Shown: positions 21,849-31,830, counted from the first letter of the stretch. The stretch: DNA of 64,000 nucleotides from Pseudomonadota bacterium (GCA_039190005.1 JBCCYM010000002.1:10285-74284); one strand, 5' to 3'. Made by a program: numbers and translations. Notes: generated from the sequence alone by a model not told the origin.

Positions 21849-23262
21849 TATCAAACAGATAAATCATGATAATTGGCAGCCTTTCACATTAGACCTTGAT
21901 GGTTGTGCTGTTAGTATTGATAAATTGCTGCGTCTTGTTCCCAGTCGAAGAATAGTCGCTGAGGCAGGCTGGAAAACGAATCAAACGCTTATCGCTAAGC
22001 TTTTTTTTGGTCGTCACGCGCGGAAAAATTTTTTGCGAGAGTTGAAGGGCAATCAGAAATTAGTAACGGCAATGATTCCCGCCGCCAAGATTGAAGCTTA
22101 TGGAAAAGATAAAATACACCATGTTTATATTATTTTATTTGAAAAATTGATCGCGTCAACGGACATAGCCGCTATTTGGTGTGGTAACGATAAAAATGCT
22201 GTGCGTGAATTGCTTGCTAAGATGCGCGATAATATCGCGCGAATGCATCAGCATAATATGTTGTTTGCCGATATTCATGCCGATAATTTTTTCTTAACCA
22301 CACAGTCTTTTTATTTACTTGATAGTGGTAGTGTCATCAGTAAAAGCGCGTTATCAGAAGTGATGTGTTTGAAAAACATGGCGACGCTTTATGGCCAATT
22401 ATTCGCTTATCATTATGATGTTATTGATGATGATTTTGCCGCTTACTGTCAGCAACGTGCTTGGCCACTGACTATTGATAAAAAGCGTAAATTTTATCAT
22501 TATTTTCATCGATATATCCATTATCGAATTGCTAAGTTACGTCGAAAATTATTGCGCAATAGCACAGGTATTTATTTTGAAAAAAATTTCTTCCGACTGT
22601 TCGCCTGTAAGCGTGGTCAGTACAGTGAGTTTTTGAAAAAATTTGCCAGTCAACCTGAGCGCGTGCTGAAAAAGCACAATTTGACAATCATTAAAGCCGG
22701 CAATACTTGCACGGTATTTCACTCGCGGCAATTCTCTTTAGTGATTAAGCGTTACAATATTAAAAATTGGTGGCGTTTATTAAAACGCTATTTTCGCAAG
22801 AGTCGAGCTAAACGATCGTGGATTAACGCGCATATACTTGAATTATTAGGTATCGCGACGGCAAAACCGATTGCCATACTGGAACGGCGTATCGGGTGGT
22901 GTCATATTAAGTCATATTTTGTCGCTGAATATGTTGAGGGTGTATTGCTGCGTGATTGTGATATTGATCACATCAAACAATTTGATGGTGTTAGTAAGTT
23001 TTTGAAGTTATTGGAGTGTTTTGCGCGTATTGGCATTGTTCATGGCGATATGAAAGCCGCTAATTTTAAACTTGATCATAAACAGATTTCCGTCTTGGAT
23101 TTAGACGCTATGCGTCTTTATTCGCCCAACAGCGCTTTGTTCAAAAAAAAATTTACTAAGGATTTGAATCGATTTTTATACAATTGGCACGATAAACCGG
23201 CAATAAGACAACTATTTGTTGATAAATTTAAACAATCTAAGCTGGCAATGTTTCTTTCCTGA
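21838..23262 (+). CDS. tandem-domain LPS kinase-family protein. The N-terminal half is a degenerate kinase-like domain and the C-terminal half is a canonical Kdo/WaaP kinase.
   Basis: The C-terminal domain carries VHGDMKAANF plus DLDAM, the catalytic-loop and DFG-like motifs. The N-terminal domain carries ADIHADNFFL...LLDSG. Total length is 474 aa. It overlaps the previous kinase by 11 nt. Confidence 0.65.
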   Translation: MMFDIKQINHDNWQPFTLDLDGCAVSIDKLLRLVPSRRIVAEAGWKTNQTLIAKLFFGRHARKNFLRELKGNQKLVTAMIPAAKIEAYGKDKIHHVYIILFEKLIASTDIAAIWCGNDKNAVRELLAKMRDNIARMHQHNMLFADIHADNFFLTTQSFYLLDSGSVISKSALSEVMCLKNMATLYGQLFAYHYDVIDDDFAAYCQQRAWPLTIDKKRKFYHYFHRYIHYRIAKLRRKLLRNSTGIYFEKNFFRLFACKRGQYSEFLKKFASQPERVLKKHNLTIIKAGNTCTVFHSRQFSLVIKRYNIKNWWRLLKRYFRKSRAKRSWINAHILELLGIATAKPIAILERRIGWCHIKSYFVAEYVEGVLLRDCDIDHIKQFDGVSKFLKLLECFARIGIVHGDMKAANFKLDHKQISVLDLDAMRLYSPNSALFKKKFTKDLNRFLYNWHDKPAIRQLFVDKFKQSKLAMFLS

Positions 23263-23451
23263 GCACAAGGAATTTGAAAACAATTTTGGTGAAAAAAGAG
23301 GTAATCCTTATCAAATATAAATGAGAGGCAAAAGGCATTATAGTCTTTATTTTTGTGTATATATATGAGGTGTTTACAATGACTTCATCAATGGGTTGCT
23401 TGCTTTGAGTCATGCAGTCGCACACTTAAAACAAAATAGCTGGAGATGCGA

Positions 23452-24816
23452 TCAACTTGGATCGTAAATAAATAACATCACATTGTCTCGCGATGCATTT
23501 TTGCCCCAGATAAATTGAGCAGCGCCCCATAAATCATATTGGTTACTATTGCTACTACAAGTAGTATCTGAACGCGTTGTGGTATTCGTGAAATTACAAA
23601 AAGCATTTTTATCTTCACCTAATTCGCTTGCAGTATATTCCGTAGCGTTAGGCCAGCCGTTGTCTTGCGGGCTAAAGCTTTTTGCAAACCAGTTAGATGG
23701 TATTGTAAAGTGTGCGGCATAGCAGCTAGCTAAATTATCAACAACGGTACTTATGTTGCCGCTAGCCTTAACGCAATCAAGATTCGCCGCTTCACCATCA
23801 CCACTGACGACTCTTGTATCTGGATCAAGGTTTTCTTTATCGCCTATCGGCGAGATGGCGTAAACTTGTGCATACCAATCACTATTGGTCACAATATCCG
23901 TTTCATTCTCTTGGCTATCATTATCATCACCAATAGTTGGCTCGAGAACAAATCTGGCAATTAAACCACCGTCGCCAACATGCAGTTGTACATTGCTACC
24001 TTGAGCGTTCGCTTCAACACCGAGACCAGTATAAGCTGTTGCAATAGTTCCACCCCACTCATTAACAACCTTACCGTCGGTATCGACACCGAAACCTTGA
24101 AGATCAATCGCCTTGATTGCAATACGTGGCTCACCATTTTCTCCCACATTTGGTACGCTAAATCTCACAACTGAACTGTCAAATGGATAGAAAGTGCCAT
24201 CATCATTAGCAATATAAACGCCATTGACATACAACTCAAAATAATTATCGGCAAAAACATAGCCGTGATAAACCGAGCAATTTTCAGAGTTGTCATCATC
24301 AAGGGTACAACCAGCTGCGGTAATGTCTAAGTTGTTAAAATAGCTGGAAGAATTTTTGTATGCTTCGATACTGTTCAGGTTGGTAGTGCTTTGTCGATCT
24401 GAACCACAATCGTTATACAATGATGTTGCCAGATAGTTCTCATGATCAAACACCAGTTCTGTTAAATCTAATCCAGGCACTGACCGAGTAATGCCATCGG
24501 TATCCACCATCAGTGTTACTGGCGAGGGACGATATTTGGGGCAATACCAGTTATCTGAGCCGCCTTTTATTGTTGAATAATAATCCCTAGCTATAGTTGA
24601 ACCGTCTTCATTATCAGCAGTAATAGTTTGCAAGCCTTGTGTCCAGCTTACAGACGTAGCGTTTGCATATGACCCTATCATCAGGGTTCCAATTATCAAC
24701 AAAGACAAGTATTTAGCTATATTTTTGATCTGGAATACATTTATATTTTTTCCTGTAGTTAGAATGGTTGATCTGTTATGGATGTCAAATCTAGCTATTT
24801 CTTTCTTCATGTTCAC
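23452..24816 (-). CDS. hypothetical secreted protein (Sec signal peptide; Cys-, Asp- and Gly-rich; no recognisable catalytic motif)
   Basis: A 454-aa ORF. KYLSLLIIGTLMIGSYANA is a signal-peptide-like segment with an A-N-A cleavage site. It has many DxDG/DGxG stretches and several Cys pairs. Confidence 0.55.
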   Translation of the reverse strand: MNMKKEIARFDIHNRSTILTTGKNINVFQIKNIAKYLSLLIIGTLMIGSYANATSVSWTQGLQTITADNEDGSTIARDYYSTIKGGSDNWYCPKYRPSPVTLMVDTDGITRSVPGLDLTELVFDHENYLATSLYNDCGSDRQSTTNLNSIEAYKNSSSYFNNLDITAAGCTLDDDNSENCSVYHGYVFADNYFELYVNGVYIANDDGTFYPFDSSVVRFSVPNVGENGEPRIAIKAIDLQGFGVDTDGKVVNEWGGTIATAYTGLGVEANAQGSNVQLHVGDGGLIARFVLEPTIGDDNDSQENETDIVTNSDWYAQVYAISPIGDKENLDPDTRVVSGDGEAANLDCVKASGNISTVVDNLASCYAAHFTIPSNWFAKSFSPQDNGWPNATEYTASELGEDKNAFCNFTNTTTRSDTTCSSNSNQYDLWGAAQFIWGKNASRDNVMLFIYDPS

Positions 24817-24909
24817 ACCTCTATCAACTCGTATAATTATGGAGTATAGTCAAAAATACATCATTTGGCAGAATTGGTGTAACTAAATGTAAATCGAAAA
24901 AATGTTGAC

Positions 24910-25845
24910 TCAAGTAAATTTTTTTCCGTTGCTAAAAAACCCTTGGCGTGCATTGAGTAAATCTTTCACAGGCAAAGCCTTGCCGCCAGGAAACTGCAAT
25001 GTTTTTAGTCGTAATAACCCCGCTCCGGTGATGACATCAATCCCTTTTTCATCGCAATTGATAATTGTACCGGCAGCCAGGTCATGATTATCTTTATGGA
25101 TAGAAATAATTTCCGCTGACCATATACGTATTGTGGTTTGATTAAGCTGAGAAGTCGCTACCGGCCAGGGATTGAAGGCGCGAATTTGACGATCAATCAT
25201 TTCAACAGCTTGTTGCCAATCAATGATAGCTTCCGTTTTAGTAATTTTATGCGCGTAACAGCTTTGCTTATTATCTTGTTTTATAGCTTGTATGCTTGAA
25301 TAATTAGCTAAAGTTTGTAAAAGAACATTAATGCCTAACTCTGCCAGTTTATCATGTAATGTCTGACTGGTATCCTCAGCTGTGATCGCGCAGCTTTGTT
25401 GTAAAAGCATATCACCGGTATCCAAACCTGCATCCATTTGCATGGTAGTAATACCGGTTTCTTGGTCGCCGGCTTGAATAGCTCGTTGTATTGGTGCCGC
25501 GCCACGCCATCGAGGTAATAATGACGCATGTACATTGATGCAGCCATATCGAGGGATAGATAATACCGCAGCCGGAATAATTAAACCGTAGGCGACAACA
25601 ACCATCACATCGGCATCTAAGCTTTTTAGTAGCGATTGTATCGTGTCATCAAGGCGTTGTGGTTGATAAATGGCTAAGTCTTGAGAAGCAGCAAGTTGTT
25701 TTACCGGACTTGCCATAAGTTTACGACCGCGACCGGCAGGGCGATCGGGTTGTGTTAAAACGGCAACAAGTTGATGTGGTGAATTAAGTAGCGCTTGTAA
25801 ATGATGGGCGGCAAATGCTGGTGTACCAGCAAAGATAATTCTCAT
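24910..25845 (-). CDS. fmt: methionyl-tRNA formyltransferase
   Basis: MRIIFAGTPAFAAHHLQALL matches the Fmt N-terminus. The SLLPRWRGAAPIQ motif is present. The start at 25845 abuts the hemY stop; the track ORF extends to 25887. Confidence 0.9.
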   Translation of the reverse strand: MRIIFAGTPAFAAHHLQALLNSPHQLVAVLTQPDRPAGRGRKLMASPVKQLAASQDLAIYQPQRLDDTIQSLLKSLDADVMVVVAYGLIIPAAVLSIPRYGCINVHASLLPRWRGAAPIQRAIQAGDQETGITTMQMDAGLDTGDMLLQQSCAITAEDTSQTLHDKLAELGINVLLQTLANYSSIQAIKQDNKQSCYAHKITKTEAIIDWQQAVEMIDRQIRAFNPWPVATSQLNQTTIRIWSAEIISIHKDNHDLAAGTIINCDEKGIDVITGAGLLRLKTLQFPGGKALPVKDLLNARQGFFSNGKKFT

Positions 25846-27020
25846 CGCTGTTCCATTAAAACCGCGCCGGTTTGGTAGGCTACGCACGCTTGCTCTTTAT
25901 CGCCAAGTTGCTGTTCAACCAGACCTAATTGCGCGTAAGCTTGAGCGCTCGGTTTTTTGCTGATGCTTTCTTGCAACATCTCTTTGGCGATGCCCCATAA
26001 TTTACAGCGTGCCGCGAGTTTTCCCGCTACAAGCAATAGCAAAGGACTGTGTCCATGTTGTTTGAGTAGTTGTTCAGCTTGTTTGAAGTGTTTTTCACTA
26101 TTGCTATGTTGAGCGCGATCAAATAAACGTATTAATTTTTCATCCCAGTTTTTCTTAGTGTAGTTATATATGAGATCAACAGTCTCATCGTCTTGATTAT
26201 GACAAAGTAGTTGTTGCGCGTAAATAGTCAATATCCCGGGTTCTTGGTGTAATTTGTTAGGCATGTCTGACCATATTTTTTTTAGCTCGCCAAGATCAAG
26301 TTTTTTAGCTTTTAATTTTTCACTGTAGCACTGTATCAATAGATCGCGCTGTTCTTGATGATCAATCACTTTATGCTTTTGTAGTTTTGGCAGTAATTCA
26401 ATTAAACTGTTCCAATCATTAAAATGCTGATAGATTCTTTTGAGCAGCAGTAATACATATTCGTGCTTGGGTGAGAGTTGACGTAAATGCTTTAAAGTAG
26501 CTAAAGCCTGCTCAAATTGTTTGGTGTAGAGTTGTAATTGCGCTTGGGTTAAACCTATGGCGATTTCCTCTTTTGGTGCTTTTTTATAAGCGTAGCGTAG
26601 ATATTTCTCACTTTGCTTTTGTTTGCCTTGTTGTTGTGCCGCGCAGGCTGCCGCGAGATAATTGATCAGCGGCATGTGGCTGCTTCTGACATTTTTGATT
26701 AATAAATTTTCCGCTTTTGACCAATTACCTTGGGTCAGTGCTAATAGGCCTTCCCCTGTTTTTGAGTGTGATTTGTTAATAGAACGTTGGTGATACCATA
26801 CCTGTAAACGACCATGCTGGGAGAATAGGGCGTAACAGACGCGCCAAATGATGTTTAACAGAATAAGCAGCAATAACAAAACGATGACAAATGTCCATAA
26901 GCGAATGGTAATTTCAAAATGACGGATATAAAACACAACATAACCGGGGTGATTGACAACTTCAATGCCGGCAAAAACAATGACAATTAGAAAGATACAG
27001 TATAAAAATAATCGCTTCAT
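25842..27020 (-). CDS. hemY: HemY-like TPR membrane protein (heme biosynthesis-associated)
   Basis: Two N-terminal TM helices, then TPR-like repeats. It sits directly downstream of hemX with an ATGA overlap. Confidence 0.75.
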   Translation of the reverse strand: MKRLFLYCIFLIVIVFAGIEVVNHPGYVVFYIRHFEITIRLWTFVIVLLLLLILLNIIWRVCYALFSQHGRLQVWYHQRSINKSHSKTGEGLLALTQGNWSKAENLLIKNVRSSHMPLINYLAAACAAQQQGKQKQSEKYLRYAYKKAPKEEIAIGLTQAQLQLYTKQFEQALATLKHLRQLSPKHEYVLLLLKRIYQHFNDWNSLIELLPKLQKHKVIDHQEQRDLLIQCYSEKLKAKKLDLGELKKIWSDMPNKLHQEPGILTIYAQQLLCHNQDDETVDLIYNYTKKNWDEKLIRLFDRAQHSNSEKHFKQAEQLLKQHGHSPLLLLVAGKLAARCKLWGIAKEMLQESISKKPSAQAYAQLGLVEQQLGDKEQACVAYQTGAVLMEQR

Positions 27021-28261
27021 GATTGATTACCTGTAGGCGCGCTGTCAGTGTTGGTACTTTGTTGGGATTGTATTGAAGAATCGGTGCTATTATTTTGCGC
27101 ATTTTTATTACTATTTTTGTAATAGTCACTCAGCATAATAATCGTTTTATTGAGATCCGGTAGTTTGGGTTTGATATTGATTCTGTTCAATGTTGCTATT
27201 GTTGACAATATTTGTTGTGTAGTTGCGTTTTTATTATAATATTTATGCATGACAGCGGTTAATTGCGCCAAAGCGTTTTGATAAATGTTTTGATTGCTAG
27301 TCAATAATGCTGATTGCGCTTGAGTGATTAGCAAAGCGGTGTATTGACCAAGTAAATCTTTTGACAGAATACTCACCGGAAAATTATCCACACCCTGTTT
27401 GCGTTTCACAATGACTAAATTATTAAGGACTTGATTGATGTTTATCTTTAAACGATCTTGCCAATTGTCTTGCGGACTTAATTTTTTCTGATCACCGTTG
27501 TTTTTGTTAGCTTCCATAGTAGAAATGTGATCGTCCATTATCGGCAAAGCCGTTATGATTCGGCGTAGTGCCTGCAGTTTTAGGTATAAACCGGCAATAT
27601 CGACAGGTTTAATCATTTCTAGATTGGTAATATCTTTTGTGATCGCTTGACGTAACGGTAGCACATTTGGATTGCCAGTGCGGTGTAGCAATTGATCGGC
27701 TGTGTTTAATAAACTGATGCTGGTGCTTATGTCACGTTGAAAAACCAGCGTGTAATTAGCTAAGCGGCTTAAATACAAAGCTTCAGCGACGAGCCAGGTG
27801 GCATCATTGCCCAGCAGTTGTTGATGTAATTTCGCGTTATTATCACTCATTGTGGTGATCAACTGTTGTTGCTGGTCATTTTGTTGCTTTAATTTATCAA
27901 AGTATTGTTGCAATGTGTTAAGCGCTGTCTGATTTTTGCTTAACTGTTCACGGTTAGTTTGTATTGCCGCTATTTTCTGTTGTAGTGTTTGATTTTGCTG
28001 AGTTATCGCCGAGAGTTGTCGCTTAAGCTGTTGATACTGTTTTTGTTGCTGGCGCCAATAGTTGCTGCTCAGCAATGCTACGGCGATGACTAGAACTAGA
28101 ATTAATAAAAGAATCAGATATTTTAACATCGATCCTGATAGTTTTCTACTGCTGTTTCCTTTGCCAATGGGGCTGGTTGATTTTTTGATAGCGTTGTTTT
28201 TTGTTTTATTATCACTATTTTTAGTTTGATCGGATGATGGTTTTGCTGGTTTATCATTCAT
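27017..28261 (-). CDS. hemX: HemX-like membrane-anchored protein (the 'uroporphyrinogen-III C-methyltransferase' misnomer family)
   Basis: A low-complexity N-terminus and a single TM (LKYLILLLILVLVIAVALL). A Gln-rich coiled coil follows. These features and its position upstream of hemY are typical. Confidence 0.7.
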   Translation of the reverse strand: MNDKPAKPSSDQTKNSDNKTKNNAIKKSTSPIGKGNSSRKLSGSMLKYLILLLILVLVIAVALLSSNYWRQQQKQYQQLKRQLSAITQQNQTLQQKIAAIQTNREQLSKNQTALNTLQQYFDKLKQQNDQQQQLITTMSDNNAKLHQQLLGNDATWLVAEALYLSRLANYTLVFQRDISTSISLLNTADQLLHRTGNPNVLPLRQAITKDITNLEMIKPVDIAGLYLKLQALRRIITALPIMDDHISTMEANKNNGDQKKLSPQDNWQDRLKININQVLNNLVIVKRKQGVDNFPVSILSKDLLGQYTALLITQAQSALLTSNQNIYQNALAQLTAVMHKYYNKNATTQQILSTIATLNRINIKPKLPDLNKTIIMLSDYYKNSNKNAQNNSTDSSIQSQQSTNTDSAPTGNQS

Positions 28262-28290
28262 CAGTGTGTTCTCTCAATATTTTTGTCCGC

Positions 28291-28315
28291 TATTCTCGCG
28301 CGGGCGAGAATGACA
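28291..28315. terminator. Solo dRS3-like hairpin tATTCTCGCgcggGCGAGAATgaca, between the rlmB stop and the hemX start
   Basis: A perfect 8-bp inverted repeat with a 4-nt loop. It has the same ATTCYCGC-N4-GCGRGAAT motif that forms the TIRs of the MITE-like elements. It is possibly a terminator for rnr-rlmB, though no clear U-tract follows. Confidence 0.4.
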
Positions 28316-28366
28316 CGGTAGTCAAACTGAAACATGGCTCGATAGTATGACGATAATAAAAAAATG

Positions 28367-29122
28367 TCAAATACCACCTAACTTTCGCTGACGTACCGCT
28401 TCAAAAACACTGATGGCCGTGGCGATAGAGACATTCAAGCTGCTAACCGTGCCAGACATCGGGATTGACCATAGGACATCACAATACTCTTTTACCAGTC
28501 GTCGCAGCCCTTTCCCTTCTGAGCCGAGAATTAACGCCAATGGGCCATCCAATTGACATTGATAGAGTGACTGTTCGGCCTCAGCTGTGCCGCCATATAA
28601 CCAAATACCTTCAGCTTTTAACCATTTCATGGTTTGCGCCAGATTATTAACTTGTATTAACGGTACTGTTTCAGCGGCGCCACAGGCGGCTTTGCTGACA
28701 GTCGCTGTTAGTCCAACAGCGTTATCTTTGGGAATGATAATCGCGTGAATGCCAGCGGCGTCGGCACTGCGTAGGCAAGCGGCAAGATTATGCGGGTCTT
28801 GTATGCTATCGAGTATAAGAAGAAAAGGTGGTTCATCGATAGTTTTCAGTAATTGTTGCAAATCTTTTTCGCTACCAATGGGTTTTGACAAACATAACGC
28901 GACCACACCTTGATGCGCTTCATGATTGAGTTGTTGATCCATTTTTTTCTTGTGCCATATTTCAATGGCAATACCGTGCTTTTTTGCTAACTTGATGATG
29001 GTTTGTACGCGTTTGTCTTCACGTCCTTGCTGTAAAATAATCTTTTTTACCCGTTGAGCGGCCGTTTGTAATACGGCAAGCACATTATGGAAACCTGTTT
29101 GGTAATGTGTCGCTCTAGCCAT
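28367..29122 (-). CDS. rlmB: 23S rRNA (guanosine2251-2'-O)-methyltransferase, SpoU family
   Basis: A 251-aa protein. The SpoU motifs LDSIQDPHNLAACLRSADAAG and LILGSEGKGL are present. It lies downstream of rnr as in E. coli. Confidence 0.9.
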   Translation of the reverse strand: MARATHYQTGFHNVLAVLQTAAQRVKKIILQQGREDKRVQTIIKLAKKHGIAIEIWHKKKMDQQLNHEAHQGVVALCLSKPIGSEKDLQQLLKTIDEPPFLLILDSIQDPHNLAACLRSADAAGIHAIIIPKDNAVGLTATVSKAACGAAETVPLIQVNNLAQTMKWLKAEGIWLYGGTAEAEQSLYQCQLDGPLALILGSEGKGLRRLVKEYCDVLWSIPMSGTVSSLNVSIATAISVFEAVRQRKLGGI

Positions 29123-31322
29123 TTCTTTTCCGCTTTCGTTTTGTTGAACGCTTTGTTTTTTTCTTAGTCACTAATTCAAAATCGATCTGTCGCGCGTCAA
29201 GATCAACTTGTGTCACCATCACTTCGATCCTATCCCCTAAACAGTATGTTTTGCCGCTATGACATCCTTGTAGACGTTGTTTACCAATATCAAATCGATA
29301 AAAATCACCGGATAAATTACGCACATGTACCAAACCTTCAACAAAAATATTTTCTAGTTCAACAAACAGACCGAAACCAGTCACCGCTGAAATAATGCCA
29401 AAAAATTTCTCACCAACCTTATTGAGCATGTATTCACATTTAAGCCAGCTAATAGCGCTGCGGGTGGCTTCGTCCGCTCGCCGCTCAGTCATTGAACAGT
29501 GTTCAGCCATGGCGACTAAACGTTCAACATTTATTTGCGTGTTTTCTTCTTCCTTCGATAGAATTGATTTTATGGCGCGATGGACAATTAAATCAGGATA
29601 ACGGCGTATTGGTGATGTGAAATGCAGATATTCTTTAAAACTTAAACTGAAATGACCAATATTATCGGTTGAATAAAAAGCGCGTGACATAGAGCGCAAC
29701 AACATCACCTGGATAATGTGATAATCAGGTCTGCTCGCGATCTGTTTTAACACTTCAGTATAATGTCGCGGTTCCGGTTTATCGCCGCCATTAAAATTTA
29801 GTCCCAGTTCACCTAAAAAGTGACGTAAATCATTTAGCGCTTCAGGTTTGGGGCCCGCGTGTACCCGATAGAGTGTAGGCGTCTTATGTTTATTTAAAAA
29901 TTTAGCCGCGGCAATATTCGCGCGTAACATGCATTCTTCTATAAGTTTATGCGCGTCGTTGCGTGTCTCCTGGACAATTTTTTTAATTTTTCGGTTTTTG
30001 TCAAAAACAATTTTAGTTTCAGTGGTTTCAAATGTGATCGCGCCGGCTTCCAAACGTTGTTTTGCCAGGCTTTGGTATAAGTCATATAAGGTCTGTAATG
30101 GTTGATGTAAGGCTTTGTCGATGCTGTTTTTATCAGCGTTAAAAAAATCAGCCACTTTATTATAAGTCAAGCGCGCGTGTGAATTTATGGTCGCAGAGTA
30201 AAAGTTATAGCGTGTCATTTTGCCACTTGGGGCTATCTTCATTTCACAGACAACACATAAACGGTCGACATTAGGTTTAAGTGAGCATAAATCATTGGAT
30301 AATTTTTTCGGTAGCATAGGAATGACTTTACCGGGGAAATAAACGGAATTACCGCGATTTAAAGCTTCATGGTCGAGTGCTGTGTTGGCTTGCACATAGT
30401 GGCTGACATCAGCAATGGCAACATATAAACGCCAACCCCTGATGCGCTTCTCACAATATACCGCGTCGTCAAAATCTTGGCTGTCATTGCCATCAATTGT
30501 GACAAAAGGGAGATGAGTGAGATCAACGCGATTCTGTTTATCGCTTTGATTTGGATGGCTATGGTAGTTTTCTAATAAGTGATTAATTTCTTCAGACCAT
30601 TGATAAGGTAAATCGTAATCACGTATCGCCATTTGCACTTCCATGCCTGCGGCCATATGATCACCTAAAATTTCAGTGATTTTGCCAATAGTTGGTGAAC
30701 GATGATCGGGGTAGTCGGTAATGCGTACCATGACAATTTCGCCGTCTACAGCGTTGTTTTTTTGACTTTCAGGGATAAGAATGCTTTGATTGATATACTG
30801 ATTCATTGGTTCAACAAAACCAGTTTCCCCTTTGCTGTGATAACGACCAAGAATATGCTCATAAGCACGTTCTAATACTTTAACAATAACACCTTCCTGA
30901 TGGCCATCATAGCTTGATACCGTGGCGCTGGCGAGTACAATGTCGCCGGTAAATACTTTCGCGGCTTGTTTGGCGGGCAAGCGAAGATCGGGTTTTGAAG
31001 GATTATTTGGGATAAAATAAGTCGCCCCATTTTTGCGTGTTTCGATATGTCCTTTGATTAAATGATCATCTCGACAGAGCATGTATTGTTGTTTGCCTAT
31101 TTGGATGAGCTGTCCATCGCGCACCATGGCTTTTAATCGTCTTCCCAGCGCGGTGAGTTGATTATCATCATCCAGTGCTAACAGTGTTGCCAAATTTTGA
31201 AAATTTATGCTTTTATCCTTATGTTTTTGCAAAACGTTGCAGATACATTCTCGTGATGGAATGGGATGATCATATTTTTTTGCTTCACGTTCAGCGTAAG
31301 GGTCTATGTATTTTTTGCTCAT
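29115..31322 (-). CDS. rnr: ribonuclease R
   Basis: Has an RNB domain (DGNDSQDFDDAVY..., an Asp-rich catalytic motif), cold-shock/OB N-domains and a C-terminal S1 domain with a basic tail (KKKTKRSTKRKRKRNG). The likely start MSKKYIDPYA is at 31322. Confidence 0.9.
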   Translation of the reverse strand: MSKKYIDPYAEREAKKYDHPIPSRECICNVLQKHKDKSINFQNLATLLALDDDNQLTALGRRLKAMVRDGQLIQIGKQQYMLCRDDHLIKGHIETRKNGATYFIPNNPSKPDLRLPAKQAAKVFTGDIVLASATVSSYDGHQEGVIVKVLERAYEHILGRYHSKGETGFVEPMNQYINQSILIPESQKNNAVDGEIVMVRITDYPDHRSPTIGKITEILGDHMAAGMEVQMAIRDYDLPYQWSEEINHLLENYHSHPNQSDKQNRVDLTHLPFVTIDGNDSQDFDDAVYCEKRIRGWRLYVAIADVSHYVQANTALDHEALNRGNSVYFPGKVIPMLPKKLSNDLCSLKPNVDRLCVVCEMKIAPSGKMTRYNFYSATINSHARLTYNKVADFFNADKNSIDKALHQPLQTLYDLYQSLAKQRLEAGAITFETTETKIVFDKNRKIKKIVQETRNDAHKLIEECMLRANIAAAKFLNKHKTPTLYRVHAGPKPEALNDLRHFLGELGLNFNGGDKPEPRHYTEVLKQIASRPDYHIIQVMLLRSMSRAFYSTDNIGHFSLSFKEYLHFTSPIRRYPDLIVHRAIKSILSKEEENTQINVERLVAMAEHCSMTERRADEATRSAISWLKCEYMLNKVGEKFFGIISAVTGFGLFVELENIFVEGLVHVRNLSGDFYRFDIGKQRLQGCHSGKTYCLGDRIEVMVTQVDLDARQIDFELVTKKKTKRSTKRKRKRNG

Positions 31323-31596
31323 TATATCAAATCGTTTATTTTTATAATGCAAGCATCGCATGAGTTGTGCGCTAATGCAACCTCTAAATATCTTGCTGTT
31401 ACTGTGTTTTTGTGTCAGAATAATAATGTCTCACCAAGTCAGTCTAATATAAAGCATTTTTCCTGTCTTTTAATTGTTCATTGATTCAAATAGGGCGATA
31501 CGTCATTTTTTGCAAGTCATTTCTTTCTTGCGATCCAGTTTTTAAGTGGTACAAGCGCGAGTTGCGCGTGCCAAAAACGCCGATAAGAGAAAAATC

Positions 31597-31805
31597 CATA
31601 CCCAACGCAGATCAAGATGCGAAGTAATATATAACTAAAAAAAGGTGTGAATTAGAAAATTTAGCTGTTCAGTTTGTTACCACCTTGGGACGTTCTGACC
31701 GAGAAAAACGCGAGTAATAGTTGTGCTATTGGGAGCGTTTTTCGACCGAGGAACGTTCCAAGGTGGTGACAAAATGGGCAGCTAAATTCGTATCTTGATC
31801 TGCGT
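31597..31805. repeat. A nested imperfect palindromic element about 210 bp long, with two inverted-repeat arm pairs around a central loop
   Basis: Outer arms: tacccaacgcagatcaagatgcgaa (31599-31623) and ttcgtatcttgatctgcgttgggta (31777-31801), 24/25 complementary. Inner arms: aatttagctgttcagtttgttaccaccttgggacgttctgaccgagaaaaacgc (31648-31700) and gcgtttttcgaccgaggaacgttccaaggtggtgacaaaatgggcagctaaatt (31725-31778), about 85% complementary. The loop is gagtaatagttgtgctattgggag. The left arm carries an extra roughly 30-nt insertion. Confidence 0.75.
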
Positions 31806-31830
31806 TGGGTATAATAAGAGTATCGATTAA

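Noticed and set aside
23237-23425. 62-aa ORF MCDCMTQSKQPIDEVIVNTSY... in the gap between the LPS-kinase gene and the secreted protein
   Set aside because: There is no RBS and the composition is odd. It overlaps the 3' end of 21838..23262. No conservation can be assessed.
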